The translations under genes and the position numbers were made by a program. A DNA stretch of 64,000 bases from a virus. Below the pieces are notes generated by a model that saw only the letters and a list, made by a program, of their open reading frames with translations, ran no database searches and had not been told where the DNA came from. This document shows, in pieces, positions 36,111-46,236 of the stretch. The stretch lies in the IMG/VR virus record IMGVR_UViG_3300009497_000001; one strand, written 5' to 3'. Position 1 is the first letter of the stretch. Each line of letters opens with the position of its first letter.

Positions 36111-36944
36111 TTAAAATATGTATCTTATTGTTTCTAAAGGAAAATATTTTTGATATATTTTCTTAAATTCATGTAACAATCTACCTTTATGCTCTAAAGG
36201 ATATCTCATTACACCCGTTTGATTCTTAACTTCACTTGAGCGTCTCATCAACTCTTTTGCTTCTGGTGAAGCCTTGGCCATTTGATGCTTATGATTAGTT
36301 AATGCTATTACTTCACACTTATTTATGCCTGCATATGCATTTACTTCAGAAAACAAATCATTGTACTCTTCTTTCCAACCTGGATAAAAGATAAGAGGGC
36401 TATAATTTAAATGTACTTCCCAGCCCAATTTCTTGAGTCTATTAACATCAGTTATACGGCTCTCTATTGGCTGCATCTTAGGTTCTAATATATTAGAATA
36501 CTTCTGAGGCATAAGACTAACACGGACCCTTGGTGGTTTATTAAAATGATTTACATCTAACTTCAATAAACCTGGATACTTTGTAGCCATAGTAGTATTA
36601 AGCTGCGGGTGATCATCATAACGTTTAAGATAATCAATCAACGGTTCTGGCATATGTTTCTGCATCATAACTAAATCTGAGTTACACGCTACATCTACCA
36701 TAGTATATATAGGGTCTTGCTGATCAGGATTCTTAAAGTAACCTTTTTCCCATTCAACAACAGACTGAAATATTTCATCAACATTTTCATTGACAAAGAC
36801 TCTTTTACCATTATACCTTGACATATAACAATAAGTGTCTACACAGCCTCCAAAACACCCGTAGATTACATTTGGAGCTATGCAGTTTGCACTATTGTTA
36901 TTTGGTTTGGTTACAAGAGTCTTAGTCTTTTGTTTTTTAATCAT
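36111..36944 (-). CDS. Spore-photoproduct-lyase/COG1533-like putative radical-SAM-related protein with an atypical Cys cluster (277 aa)
   Basis: YGCFGGCVDTYCYMS resembles the GC..gC.YCY cluster of SplB-like enzymes, but the spacing is CX3CX4C, not CX3CX2C. Confidence 0.35.
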   Translation of the reverse strand: MIKKQKTKTLVTKPNNNSANCIAPNVIYGCFGGCVDTYCYMSRYNGKRVFVNENVDEIFQSVVEWEKGYFKNPDQQDPIYTMVDVACNSDLVMMQKHMPEPLIDYLKRYDDHPQLNTTMATKYPGLLKLDVNHFNKPPRVRVSLMPQKYSNILEPKMQPIESRITDVNRLKKLGWEVHLNYSPLIFYPGWKEEYNDLFSEVNAYAGINKCEVIALTNHKHQMAKASPEAKELMRRSSEVKNQTGVMRYPLEHKGRLLHEFKKIYQKYFPLETIRYIF

Positions 36945-38935
36945 TAAAATAACTTTAATTGATTAGCTGATACAGACAATATACTATCTATCTCAGACTC
37001 AATTGCTTGCAAGTAGTAAACTTTATTAATATTATAGTTTTCCCATTTAGGTTCTACTTTCATATCATTATATACTGTTTGCAACCAGCGGCCTGCTTCT
37101 AGTTGTATTTCCCTACCATCTTTCTTATTTACTTTTGTAATCTTAACACCTGACTTAGAAATAAAGTATCTATTAATCTTTTGTAGATCTTCTTCTTTAA
37201 GAACACCACCTTCAATAGATCTAGCCACTTGTTTCCAATCACCTTTAGATTTACCACCAATACAATAATCTAAAATATTCTTATTTGTATCTAAATAATC
37301 ATGAGGTAATACATTATTTACAAAGTATTCATAAATAGCTTTTGGTATTACAAGTTTAGACTTGTTCTTATGCAACTGTAGATCATGGAAATCAAAACGC
37401 CCTTTCAGTTTTACAGGAGCAAAGCTAAACTTATCATTATCTACTTTAAATACATAATGAGGTTGACTCTGCTTAATCTCCCTCCACTTTGTTATATCTA
37501 CTTCTACAAAATTATTTACACCTATGTAATTATTTACATCAGATAGAACTAGTTTTTGATATTCATCATGTTCTAATTCTAGATTAGTAGTTTTCTCCCA
37601 CTCTTCACATATTTGCATATATAAATCTATATGTTCTCTAGGAATGATTGTTTCTACACCATCTGTGTTATGTAATAAAGGAATTGCATTTGGTATTCTT
37701 TCCATAATTTGCTCATAAAGCATCATTAAAGTTAGCTGACCGTTAATAGTAATCTTTAAACATAACTCTGGATCATAAAAGAAACTGTTTTCATCATTGC
37801 TAAGACCAAAAGTTGAATTAAGTATAATCTTATATACATAGTTCATTGGATTGCTCTTAGGAATCTTTTTTCTTTCATCAAAGAACCACTCATATTGATT
37901 ACAAAACTCTTCTTTAGGAAAGTGACCTGGTGAAAACTTATTTCTAATAGCTAGATTAGGATAAAAACTAGTAACATCTGATGACATTATAACCATATCA
38001 TCATCTGATTCATACACACCTTTGCTAGCAGCACCATGAACACCACCTAAACCAAAATCTGTTTTTACATTCTTATAGTTTACGCTATACTTAAAGTTAC
38101 CCTTAAGCTTTGATCCATCAACCTCTAAAGATTTAAACCTTTCATGTAGTGTCTGGAATTCAGGAGATGTAAACTTAATATAAGGCAATATAATATCAGA
38201 TATTTTGATACTATCTCTTCTGGTTCTCATCTGCCTTAAGTCTCTCTTCTGAATGTTCAACTTTTGTGTTAGATAATATCCAAAAAGTTCCTTGCTGATT
38301 CTTGGTTCAGATGCACTGTATAGATTAATACCATAAGTATCTGTTAGTTCCTTACGTAGTTTAATCTGTGACTTTGACCTATTAAATACTTCTTTAGTTG
38401 ACTGAACATCATTAACATTATATTCAATGACAGTATCAATCTCTTCAAGAGTTTTAATCTCAGCTGTATGATCTATAGGCATCTCTAATATATTCTGCCA
38501 GTCCATGCTGTATTGTATCCACTTAAGACTAGAACGTTTAGCCGGGTTATCCCAATGATGTAACTTAAATAAATCTATTTGACCTATCTTCATTTTCCAT
38601 ATGGGGTAATCCATAAACTCTTTGTTATTAGACTTATTGATACAGTACTGTGCGTACTTATAAATTATATTAGCTATCTCACATCCACTTAGATTAGACC
38701 ATAGGTAGTGATTATCTATTATATATTGAGTGATCTGACCATCAAAGGCCAAGCCGTTGTATGATATATGCCACTCTTTATTGTTTACATTTTCTTTTAG
38801 GAAATCTATAAACTTATCAAAATCATTTCTCAGATCATGAACAACAAACGTTTTACTTTCATTTGTCTTATAATGTTCAAATACACCTGTGAAACAATTA
38901 GATAAAGTTTCATAATCCATTACCCAATGCTTCAT
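36944..38935 (-). CDS. Family B DNA polymerase with 3'-5' exonuclease domain (663 aa)
   Basis: Exo I VMDYETL, Exo II YNGLAFDGQ, Exo III YNVNDVQST. Pol motif A SDVTSFYPN, motif B KIILNSTFG, motif C HNTDGV. Confidence 0.9.
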   Translation of the reverse strand: MKHWVMDYETLSNCFTGVFEHYKTNESKTFVVHDLRNDFDKFIDFLKENVNNKEWHISYNGLAFDGQITQYIIDNHYLWSNLSGCEIANIIYKYAQYCINKSNNKEFMDYPIWKMKIGQIDLFKLHHWDNPAKRSSLKWIQYSMDWQNILEMPIDHTAEIKTLEEIDTVIEYNVNDVQSTKEVFNRSKSQIKLRKELTDTYGINLYSASEPRISKELFGYYLTQKLNIQKRDLRQMRTRRDSIKISDIILPYIKFTSPEFQTLHERFKSLEVDGSKLKGNFKYSVNYKNVKTDFGLGGVHGAASKGVYESDDDMVIMSSDVTSFYPNLAIRNKFSPGHFPKEEFCNQYEWFFDERKKIPKSNPMNYVYKIILNSTFGLSNDENSFFYDPELCLKITINGQLTLMMLYEQIMERIPNAIPLLHNTDGVETIIPREHIDLYMQICEEWEKTTNLELEHDEYQKLVLSDVNNYIGVNNFVEVDITKWREIKQSQPHYVFKVDNDKFSFAPVKLKGRFDFHDLQLHKNKSKLVIPKAIYEYFVNNVLPHDYLDTNKNILDYCIGGKSKGDWKQVARSIEGGVLKEEDLQKINRYFISKSGVKITKVNKKDGREIQLEAGRWLQTVYNDMKVEPKWENYNINKVYYLQAIESEIDSILSVSANQLKLF

Positions 38936-39210
38936 GCTTTATAATTTTTAAGTGCAACTACTTTGGCTTCTAGTATTAAATCCATAATACTATCATAGAT
39001 ACTCTCTACAGCCTCTTGAGATCCTTCACGCTCTAACTTTCTATCTATTTCTCTTTCATATAAGTCAACCGTTTTAATCACATGCTTGATCTTTCTCTTG
39101 ACTTCTTGACTATGTATATATTGCAATCCATGTGCTAGCTCACCCATACACTTGTTCATTGCTATTAGGATATTAATATCCATTATCTCTTCTTCTTTTA
39201 ATTGTTTCAT
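38932..39210 (-). CDS. Hypothetical protein (92 aa from the ATG; the track start at 39231 is TTG)
   Basis: First ATG is at 39210 (MKQLKEEE...). The stop overlaps the polB start. Confidence 0.55.
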   Translation of the reverse strand: MKQLKEEEIMDINILIAMNKCMGELAHGLQYIHSQEVKRKIKHVIKTVDLYEREIDRKLEREGSQEAVESIYDSIMDLILEAKVVALKNYKA

Positions 39211-39285
39211 AATATAATTTATTAGAGCCAAAAAAAGCCCAAATCAATGAGCTTTTCTTTTTATGATCAATAGAGTTATAGGAGG

Positions 39286-39705
39286 CTATTGACCAGGTAA
39301 TATAATATTAGAGACTTTAGTTTCTTTTACATCTGTTTGCATAAACTGATTGTAATCAAAGTCTTCAGCGTTAACACCAAACATATGAATAAATGTTTCA
39401 ATGTCTTTTTTATCACTTAAATAAAATTCAGAAAAAGTATCAACCAATCTTCTCTCCTCTTTAACTGTTTTACCAGTCTGTTGATTTGGTGTTTTTAATC
39501 TTATAGGGTCTCCGTTATCATCTAACTTTGGTACCATATGATATGATTGTTTCATTACTTTACTGATGACAGCTAAAATGCCTGACGCAGGGTCAAACAT
39601 AGCTTCTGTATATGGTGAGTCTAAACTCACAGGTATCATTGTAAAGGATTTTGCATTTCTGAAGCTAGAGTTAACTAACATCATGTTCTGTCCTATTGTT
39701 GCCAT
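39286..39705 (-). CDS. Hypothetical protein (139 aa)
   Basis: ATG start, replication-module context. Confidence 0.6.
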   Translation of the reverse strand: MATIGQNMMLVNSSFRNAKSFTMIPVSLDSPYTEAMFDPASGILAVISKVMKQSYHMVPKLDDNGDPIRLKTPNQQTGKTVKEERRLVDTFSEFYLSDKKDIETFIHMFGVNAEDFDYNQFMQTDVKETKVSNIILPGQ

Positions 39706-39709
39706 AATT

Positions 39710-40297
39710 TTATTTTGATTTTATTTGGTTCAAAGATATACAAGTATCTTCTAATAACCTAACTAATAGATAATTATTATCTATAAGAGTCTCCTTTTCT
39801 AGATCTGGAGGTGTGCATACTTCATACACATCTACTAGTGATTCTACACTAACATCTAAAAATTTAGCATACTCTTCATGTGAATCCTCTGGTGATAAAA
39901 ATGAATGTATATATTCTGATACTTTATCATCATTACCAAAGAAATCTAGTATTTTAACTTTACTATCAACAGAATATTTTGAATAACTGCCTTTAATAAA
40001 GTTATCATAATCAAACTTAAGCGAACTAAAGTCAAAAACAAATAAATGTTTACCCTCAGCAAGTTCTATGTGCTGATCATAATATTTATTTGAATGTATA
40101 TTTTCAGTAATAAATTTCTGAAAGCTTTCATTCAGTGGAGTTTTATATAAACATAAAAACATTCTATCTTCAACAGAGTACACATCCTCCCAAGCAGAAT
40201 AAGTTTGCTTTGGAACATGTGTTAAGCCTTTCCTTAACTCCAATAATGGATATAGAAAGACCTTACTCTTTTGAAAATAATCTGTGTATACTCCCAT
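39710..40297 (-). CDS. Hypothetical protein (195 aa)
   Basis: ATG start, tight packing. Confidence 0.6.
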   Translation of the reverse strand: MGVYTDYFQKSKVFLYPLLELRKGLTHVPKQTYSAWEDVYSVEDRMFLCLYKTPLNESFQKFITENIHSNKYYDQHIELAEGKHLFVFDFSSLKFDYDNFIKGSYSKYSVDSKVKILDFFGNDDKVSEYIHSFLSPEDSHEEYAKFLDVSVESLVDVYEVCTPPDLEKETLIDNNYLLVRLLEDTCISLNQIKSK

Positions 40298-40298
40298 A

Positions 40299-41294
40299 CT
40301 ATAAGTTAACCTTATTTACTAAGAATTCATAGGGTAAAACATAGTTTCTTTCTTTATAATGGTAATCTGCTGCTTTTAAAACACCACCTAATCCTTCCGC
40401 CCATCCACTTAATGTATCCTGAGTTACATCAAACACATAAGCTTGGTTATATTTGTCTATAACAACAAATTTAAATTCTATAGTATAATCATCACGGTTC
40501 TCTATAGAATCCATAGAGTCCCAAACTAACTTACAATATATAGCTGCCTGTAACCAGTAGTTATAAAAGTCAACAGTCTCTTTAAAATCAGATATAGTCT
40601 TTCCGGTTGTCTTTAAGTCTGATATAACAATGCTCTTTTCTTTATGATCTATGCTATAGAAATCTATATAACCATGTAAACCAAAAGGCATCCCTTTTAA
40701 CTTACAGCTTAAGTATTGTTCTGCATGTGTTTCATAATCATCTAACTCAAAGTCTGTTGACTCATTGCTAAACAATGCCATTACATCTTTCTTATCCTTT
40801 AATATATCAACCTGATCATTTGACCTATCTAATGTCATTTGATCAATTGTATCTTTGTTAGTATTATTTAAGAATTTCCAATAAGACTCATTGTCATCAG
40901 TTCTTACTTTAGCAAGTCTAGCTTCATCAGCTTTCAAAGACTGATATAGATTGACTGACTTTAACGAGTCTAGTATAACAAAGTCTTCACAATCTGCAAG
41001 TGTTTCCGCATCTGTATGAAGTGTTAAATCTTTCAGCACTCTTTTTACAGAATCTGTTGGGATTTTACCAGGCATAAGGTTAAACTTGCTCTCAAAATTT
41101 TCAGGCTCAAATAACAAACAATGTAAAAGCTTGCCTTCTACTAAATGTTTATCCGTTCTTACCTCTCTATCTTTTAATATATAGTCCTTGTAGAACAGGG
41201 ACGGTGAAAATAATAATTTATTTAAAGAAGAGTAGCTAAAGCAGAATTCTTTATCTGCATAAAACTCCTCTTCTTTTTGATAATTTCTATTCAT
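40299..41294 (-). CDS. PD-(D/E)xK (RecB/Cas4-like) nuclease (331 aa)
   Basis: GYIDF...VISDLKTTGK (D...D/ExK) followed by YWLQAAIY (QxxxY). Confidence 0.7.
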   Translation of the reverse strand: MNRNYQKEEEFYADKEFCFSYSSLNKLLFSPSLFYKDYILKDREVRTDKHLVEGKLLHCLLFEPENFESKFNLMPGKIPTDSVKRVLKDLTLHTDAETLADCEDFVILDSLKSVNLYQSLKADEARLAKVRTDDNESYWKFLNNTNKDTIDQMTLDRSNDQVDILKDKKDVMALFSNESTDFELDDYETHAEQYLSCKLKGMPFGLHGYIDFYSIDHKEKSIVISDLKTTGKTISDFKETVDFYNYWLQAAIYCKLVWDSMDSIENRDDYTIEFKFVVIDKYNQAYVFDVTQDTLSGWAEGLGGVLKAADYHYKERNYVLPYEFLVNKVNL

Positions 41295-42456
41295 TTATCA
41301 TTTTTTCTAATTTATCTGCAATATACAAATTTTCTAAGTCAACTTTAAATACTTGAGCACTTTTACCAACCATAGGGTCCATTAGAGTATTCATGAGTTT
41401 TTCTCTTGTTCTGTCTACTGCAAACCTTGTTAATTTTCTATCATTCATTAATGTATTCAGATAACTATTAAATGACCATATACCATTACTGTTATGATTA
41501 CCTTCATAATGTTTTAATCTAGTACGCATTGCTTTGACATTGACTGAATTCCAGTTATTAGTATTTTTGAACCAATCATAATGCCAAAAATATAAACCTG
41601 ATACCACATCAAATGATTTTTCTATGTTACAGTTAGCCAACATCTCCACAGCTAAAGATCTATTATCTATATCTGTACTAGTTATCATCTTTTCAATGTC
41701 ATCATACTTATCATTTTCAATTACGGCTAGCTCAGAATCAATTATAGCTGATATTGATGAATCTAGAACTAGTTGACTAGTAGAGCTTAATAAATTATTA
41801 AAAGCTACATAGTTTTTCTTTGGTAAGATCCAATCAAATCCACTATCATAATCATTGAGCTCTTCTTTTTTCATCCATTTAACTAGATCATCATACATCT
41901 GTTCTCTTATATTTTTACTTTTATGATTGATACTATAATAACCTTGGTTCAGACGAAATTCAATCATACATGCAGGAGTAGCATTACTAAGAAAACCTCT
42001 AAGTACATCTAAAGCTTCATCAGTAAACCAATCAAAGTCTTTCATATGCTTAATTATCTTATAGGCATCACTATATGCTATAGATTTATTCCATGTTCTT
42101 TCAAAAAGAGTATCAAATAATTTTAAGGATACAATAGATATGTCTGCTTTTGTATTATCTCTAATAACCTTGCAGTTATATCTTTCCTTTAATAAATCTA
42201 CCTTTTGTCTAGGTAGAGTTAATTTAGGAAACCTATATATCTTTTTGTCTTGTAAATCTATATTGTCTACATTATCAGGTATAGGCAATCCTAACAATTT
42301 AAAGTCTTCTTCTTCAATTTGATACTTATAATTGCTATATAAATATTGACATTCCTGTTCACTCCATTTTACAGCCACACCTGATAACTGATTTTTATCC
42401 CAATTACCAGTACCTTCAGGATACATATTAAATTCTAATTTAAATCTTTTTTTCAT
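41287..42456 (-). CDS. Hypothetical protein (389 aa), tandem paralogue of 42461-43492; tentative BRCT-like segment
   Basis: KKIYRFPKLTLPRQKVDLLKERYNCKVIRDNTKADISIV aligns with KKAFILPRCNVSQDRLKAALKEHGITVTNDYELADLIIG. C-terminal halves are also similar (DNRSLAVEML.. vs DDKALALKII..). Confidence 0.6.
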   Translation of the reverse strand: MKKRFKLEFNMYPEGTGNWDKNQLSGVAVKWSEQECQYLYSNYKYQIEEEDFKLLGLPIPDNVDNIDLQDKKIYRFPKLTLPRQKVDLLKERYNCKVIRDNTKADISIVSLKLFDTLFERTWNKSIAYSDAYKIIKHMKDFDWFTDEALDVLRGFLSNATPACMIEFRLNQGYYSINHKSKNIREQMYDDLVKWMKKEELNDYDSGFDWILPKKNYVAFNNLLSSTSQLVLDSSISAIIDSELAVIENDKYDDIEKMITSTDIDNRSLAVEMLANCNIEKSFDVVSGLYFWHYDWFKNTNNWNSVNVKAMRTRLKHYEGNHNSNGIWSFNSYLNTLMNDRKLTRFAVDRTREKLMNTLMDPMVGKSAQVFKVDLENLYIADKLEKMINE

Positions 42457-42460
42457 AATT

Positions 42461-43492
42461 TTATTTTAAATATTTTTGATACTCTTTTTTAACATCCACT
42501 TGAAACGTATAAAGGTCTCTATTGTGAATGCTTATTTCTCTTCTTACTATAGGCTCAAGATACTTAAATGTTACTTTATCAAGCTTATCTTGCTCCTCTA
42601 ACCATAATATCATGTCTTGTGCACTCTTACGGTAAAAATCATTAAAGTTTGATACATCTAGCCAATACTGCAAATCTTTATCTCTATTATCTGCATATGT
42701 TATACTATTACAGTCTTGTGCAAACTGCCACAATAAATGATAGTTTTTCTTATAGTCAATAGTAGGAATGATTTTAAGAGCCAAAGCTTTATCATCACCA
42801 TATGAATTTAACTGAGTCTTAAGATCATTAAGAAGCTGTTCATCAAGAGTCATTTTAGTAGCAGACGCATGAAGTACTGTCTCAGGATCAATAACACTAA
42901 CATCTGTAGTATCAATTATATGAGCCAGATTCAAAGCCATACCAGTAATTATCCAGTTATCATATAGGCTTTCTTCTACGTCTATATCATAGTATCTTAC
43001 TGTATCAGTAACCTTGGCTGTAATAATACATTCTAGGCCTGAATCAGCAATTTTTTTAAGAACACCAAGTTTATTAACATCTCCTTTTGTAGTTTCATAA
43101 TTCCATATCTTATTCATCATTATTGTAGTAGGAATATTTTCTGCATTACTTAATTTATGAGTAGTTATTTCCTCATGACCTATAATTAGATCTGCTAATT
43201 CATAATCATTTGTTACAGTTATACCATGCTCTTTAAGAGCAGCCTTTAATCTATCTTGTGATACATTACATCTAGGTAGTATAAAAGCTTTCTTTTTAGT
43301 TCTAAAAGTTTGGTCATCCTCTGTAGGTTCCAATAGTATAGTGTTTATCTTTTCATATGTTGTCTGATCTTGAGTACATAATACTTTATTAATACCTGTA
43401 CTAGAAACTAACCCATATGTAGGGTCAGTCTCTAGTCCAAAGTATACTAAAGCATCAGTATCAAAATTTTGATATACTGATTTATTTGCCAT
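42461..43492 (-). CDS. Hypothetical protein (343 aa), tandem paralogue of 41287-42456; tentative BRCT-like segment
   Basis: See 41287-42456. Confidence 0.6.
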   Translation of the reverse strand: MANKSVYQNFDTDALVYFGLETDPTYGLVSSTGINKVLCTQDQTTYEKINTILLEPTEDDQTFRTKKKAFILPRCNVSQDRLKAALKEHGITVTNDYELADLIIGHEEITTHKLSNAENIPTTIMMNKIWNYETTKGDVNKLGVLKKIADSGLECIITAKVTDTVRYYDIDVEESLYDNWIITGMALNLAHIIDTTDVSVIDPETVLHASATKMTLDEQLLNDLKTQLNSYGDDKALALKIIPTIDYKKNYHLLWQFAQDCNSITYADNRDKDLQYWLDVSNFNDFYRKSAQDMILWLEEQDKLDKVTFKYLEPIVRREISIHNRDLYTFQVDVKKEYQKYLK

Positions 43493-43493
43493 T

Positions 43494-44762
43494 TTATTTC
43501 ATTGTCATTTGGACAATCTCTGGGATCATCATCAATTTGTTAAACTTCTTTTTATTACCATTAAAGATGGTACGTACAATTAAATACTTAAGATCATTAG
43601 TAAAATAATCTTTAGTACATAAAGCCTTCAACCTATCAGTTACTTTCTGGTTAATAGTATTATCCTGTGAATATACTACAGCATAATTACCAAGTCTTGT
43701 AGCTAATGTTGATGCAATATCTGCACGATATGTATCATCTTTACCTATACAAGATCTTAACTCATTAAAGATATATTGTTCTCCATCATGTGTCAATAAA
43801 TCTTTAGGTGTAACCAGTTTATCTAGCTTGTTATTAATGAATGTAGTAAACATAGAAGCAAATGCATCTCCAACACTACCCTCACCAATCATCTGAATCA
43901 TGCTGAGGTTATCTTCAAAAGATTCAAAGCTTGATATAGAGTTAAAGAATGTTGTTATAGATCTAGCATTAGTCTCTTGCGTTACTAATTCAGGATGAAG
44001 TAATAAAAAGTTAATACATCTACTATCTATACCTGCACCTTCTGCCCACTGAGCCCATACATTTACATCAAACTTAAGATTAGCTGTAACATATCTAGTC
44101 TTCTGTGCACTATCTACACTGTTAACCATATAGTCACCATTATCCGGGTTAGCTGTTAATATAATATGCCAGTTCTTAGGTAGTGTCCAAGATATATAAG
44201 ACTGTCTATCTATCAATTCCATAACTGCTTGAATAAATCTTGTGTCAGCTCTATTCCAGTCATCTAATAATAGTATACCACCTTCTTTAGCATCAGCTAT
44301 CCATTCAGGTGCACAATAAGACATTCTATTTTTACCAGTAATTTTATATCCTTGTTTAAGATATTCTTGTACAGCAAGTTCATCAACCCATTGACCAACT
44401 TTCTTGGTTACAGTTTGATTTAAGTTAGCTAGACTAGCACCTGCAGCTCTTTGTGCTGCTGTAACCATAGCAATGTCATTATTCTTTACTGCTATTTTCT
44501 TTTCTTTATACATCTGAAACTGTCTTACAGGGAAACCTACAAGATCACCTAGCTCCTCAATCTGTGCTAAGTTTAATTTTACAAATGCTAAATCATTTTC
44601 TTTAGCCAGCTCTACTATTGTAGAAGTTTTACCTATACCTGATTCACCCACAACTTCCACTGATACTGGTCCTTTACCATTATCTTGAAGATATCTGTTA
44701 TTAGATATAATGTGATTTACAAATCCTTTTAGTTCTGTTACATTTAAATTTACTTGTGCCAT
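43494..44762 (-). CDS. MoxR/AAA_5-type AAA+ ATPase (422 aa)
   Basis: Walker A VVGESGIGKTS, Walker B GGILLLDDWNRAD. Adjacent to its usual VWA partner. Confidence 0.75.
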   Translation of the reverse strand: MAQVNLNVTELKGFVNHIISNNRYLQDNGKGPVSVEVVGESGIGKTSTIVELAKENDLAFVKLNLAQIEELGDLVGFPVRQFQMYKEKKIAVKNNDIAMVTAAQRAAGASLANLNQTVTKKVGQWVDELAVQEYLKQGYKITGKNRMSYCAPEWIADAKEGGILLLDDWNRADTRFIQAVMELIDRQSYISWTLPKNWHIILTANPDNGDYMVNSVDSAQKTRYVTANLKFDVNVWAQWAEGAGIDSRCINFLLLHPELVTQETNARSITTFFNSISSFESFEDNLSMIQMIGEGSVGDAFASMFTTFINNKLDKLVTPKDLLTHDGEQYIFNELRSCIGKDDTYRADIASTLATRLGNYAVVYSQDNTINQKVTDRLKALCTKDYFTNDLKYLIVRTIFNGNKKKFNKLMMIPEIVQMTMK

Positions 44763-44771
44763 TTTCTTTTA

Positions 44772-45935
44772 TTAATTAAGTTGAATTTTCTGTCCTGGTA
44801 ACACTTCATTTATACTGCAGTTAGAACTATGAACCCATAAAGTATTATTAGGGCAGTTCTCTGGAGCATATGCTTCACCATCTGTTAAATATATAAGAGC
44901 TGTATATTGCCCTTTGTTTTCATTATAGTAGTCTATTACTGGTTGGAAGCTTGTTCCACCACGACCATGTATTTCCCAATCTTTTCTTGGATTAAACTCT
45001 TTTACACTATTTAGTTTAGTATCACATTGAGCTACTGTAATCTTATGACCTGTCTTATGCATATGCGTAAGTTCACTAAAGAATTCCTTTAGCTCATCAT
45101 TGTTTACAGATCCGCTTGTGTCAACACCAACAAGTATATGATTCTTAAATTTAATCTTAAGACCTGGGTTAGCTGCATAACGTTTATTATACTTACGTCT
45201 CAGCTTCTTTGTATAAACTACACTAGAGTTACCTGCAAATCTTCTTAGATAAGCTTTCCAATCAAACTTAGGAGGTTCTATATGCATCAGCCTATGTATA
45301 AGCTCAGCTAACTCACCCGGTATATTACCTTGTTTCTTTACTGTTTGCTCAGCAGATTCTTTTAACTGATGCTCAATTTGTTTTTGCATTAGTTTTTTAT
45401 CAGCTTCAGGTAATGAATCAAAATCATCCCATGTACCATGACAATATTGTGACTCACCATTCATCTGATCCATAAGATTATCTAAAGAAGGTGAAGTACC
45501 ATCTTGGTGTGCCTGTTCAAGTAATTCATAGTATTTATCCGTACCAGCCTTCCTAGGTAAATTTATCTCAGGAAAACTTGATAGTAATAAACCACCTTCA
45601 GGTAGTTTACTTTCCAGTATGTACTGGTTGATTTCTAAATCTGCAGCTATATTAAATAATTTATGATCTGAATATAGACTTCTAGTTATAAGATGACCAA
45701 ATGCAATATGCAATAGCTCATGCTTAATTAAACCAAATCTATGATCTTCACTAAGGTTATTATAAAACTCAGGGTTTATAGTCAATTGACATCCAATATT
45801 ATGTTTGCTTACTCCTGCAGTAGGCAGTTGCATGCTATACTTTTTATTGATACCAATTAAAAAGAGCCCGTAAAAGGGCTCTGCAAATATTAAACTTTTG
45901 GTTGTCCTAGCAACCTGATCTTGTATGTTAATCAT
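44772..45935 (-). CDS. VWA-domain protein with an N-terminal HEXXH metallopeptidase-like domain (DUF2201-like), 387 aa
   Basis: HELLH in LIKHELLHIAFGH. MIDAS ILVGVDTSGS (DxSGS). Confidence 0.7.
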   Translation of the reverse strand: MINIQDQVARTTKSLIFAEPFYGLFLIGINKKYSMQLPTAGVSKHNIGCQLTINPEFYNNLSEDHRFGLIKHELLHIAFGHLITRSLYSDHKLFNIAADLEINQYILESKLPEGGLLLSSFPEINLPRKAGTDKYYELLEQAHQDGTSPSLDNLMDQMNGESQYCHGTWDDFDSLPEADKKLMQKQIEHQLKESAEQTVKKQGNIPGELAELIHRLMHIEPPKFDWKAYLRRFAGNSSVVYTKKLRRKYNKRYAANPGLKIKFKNHILVGVDTSGSVNNDELKEFFSELTHMHKTGHKITVAQCDTKLNSVKEFNPRKDWEIHGRGGTSFQPVIDYYNENKGQYTALIYLTDGEAYAPENCPNNTLWVHSSNCSINEVLPGQKIQLN

Positions 45936-46236
45936 TATCTTTTATTTTTCTAAGTATGTCCATATAAACTTTATCTGCTTTGCTTTTTTCTATATATGCA
46001 TAAACTCTATTTGTATTAAAAGACCCTATCTCAAAGCTATACTCTACTGCTATACAAAAATCTACACGATCTTTAAATAGCAATGCTTTAGCCATAAGCT
46101 TATCTATAATGTCTTTGTCTTTATAGTTTGCATTATTATATATTTCACAAGCTAAAGCTCTATCTTCAAGTAATCCTGAAAACATTTCTTTATATGTAAA
46201 AAACTCATCTATTGTTATTATTCTCTTCTTTGCCAT
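45928..46236 (-). CDS. Hypothetical protein (102 aa from the ATG; the track start at 46242 is TTG)
   Basis: ATG at 46236 (MAKKRIITIDE...). Confidence 0.55.
   Translation of the reverse strand: MAKKRIITIDEFFTYKEMFSGLLEDRALACEIYNNANYKDKDIIDKLMAKALLFKDRVDFCIAVEYSFEIGSFNTNRVYAYIEKSKADKVYMDILRKIKDND

Noticed and set aside
20151-38935. Inteins or introns interrupting nrdA or polB
   Set aside because: The catalytic motifs occur in the expected order and spacing, with no extra insertion carrying homing-endonuclease or splicing motifs.
39232-39265. AAAAGC-12 nt-GCTTTT hairpin followed by T-run (minus sense) as a terminator
   Set aside because: The stem is mostly A-U with a large loop. Comparable structures are expected by chance in this composition.
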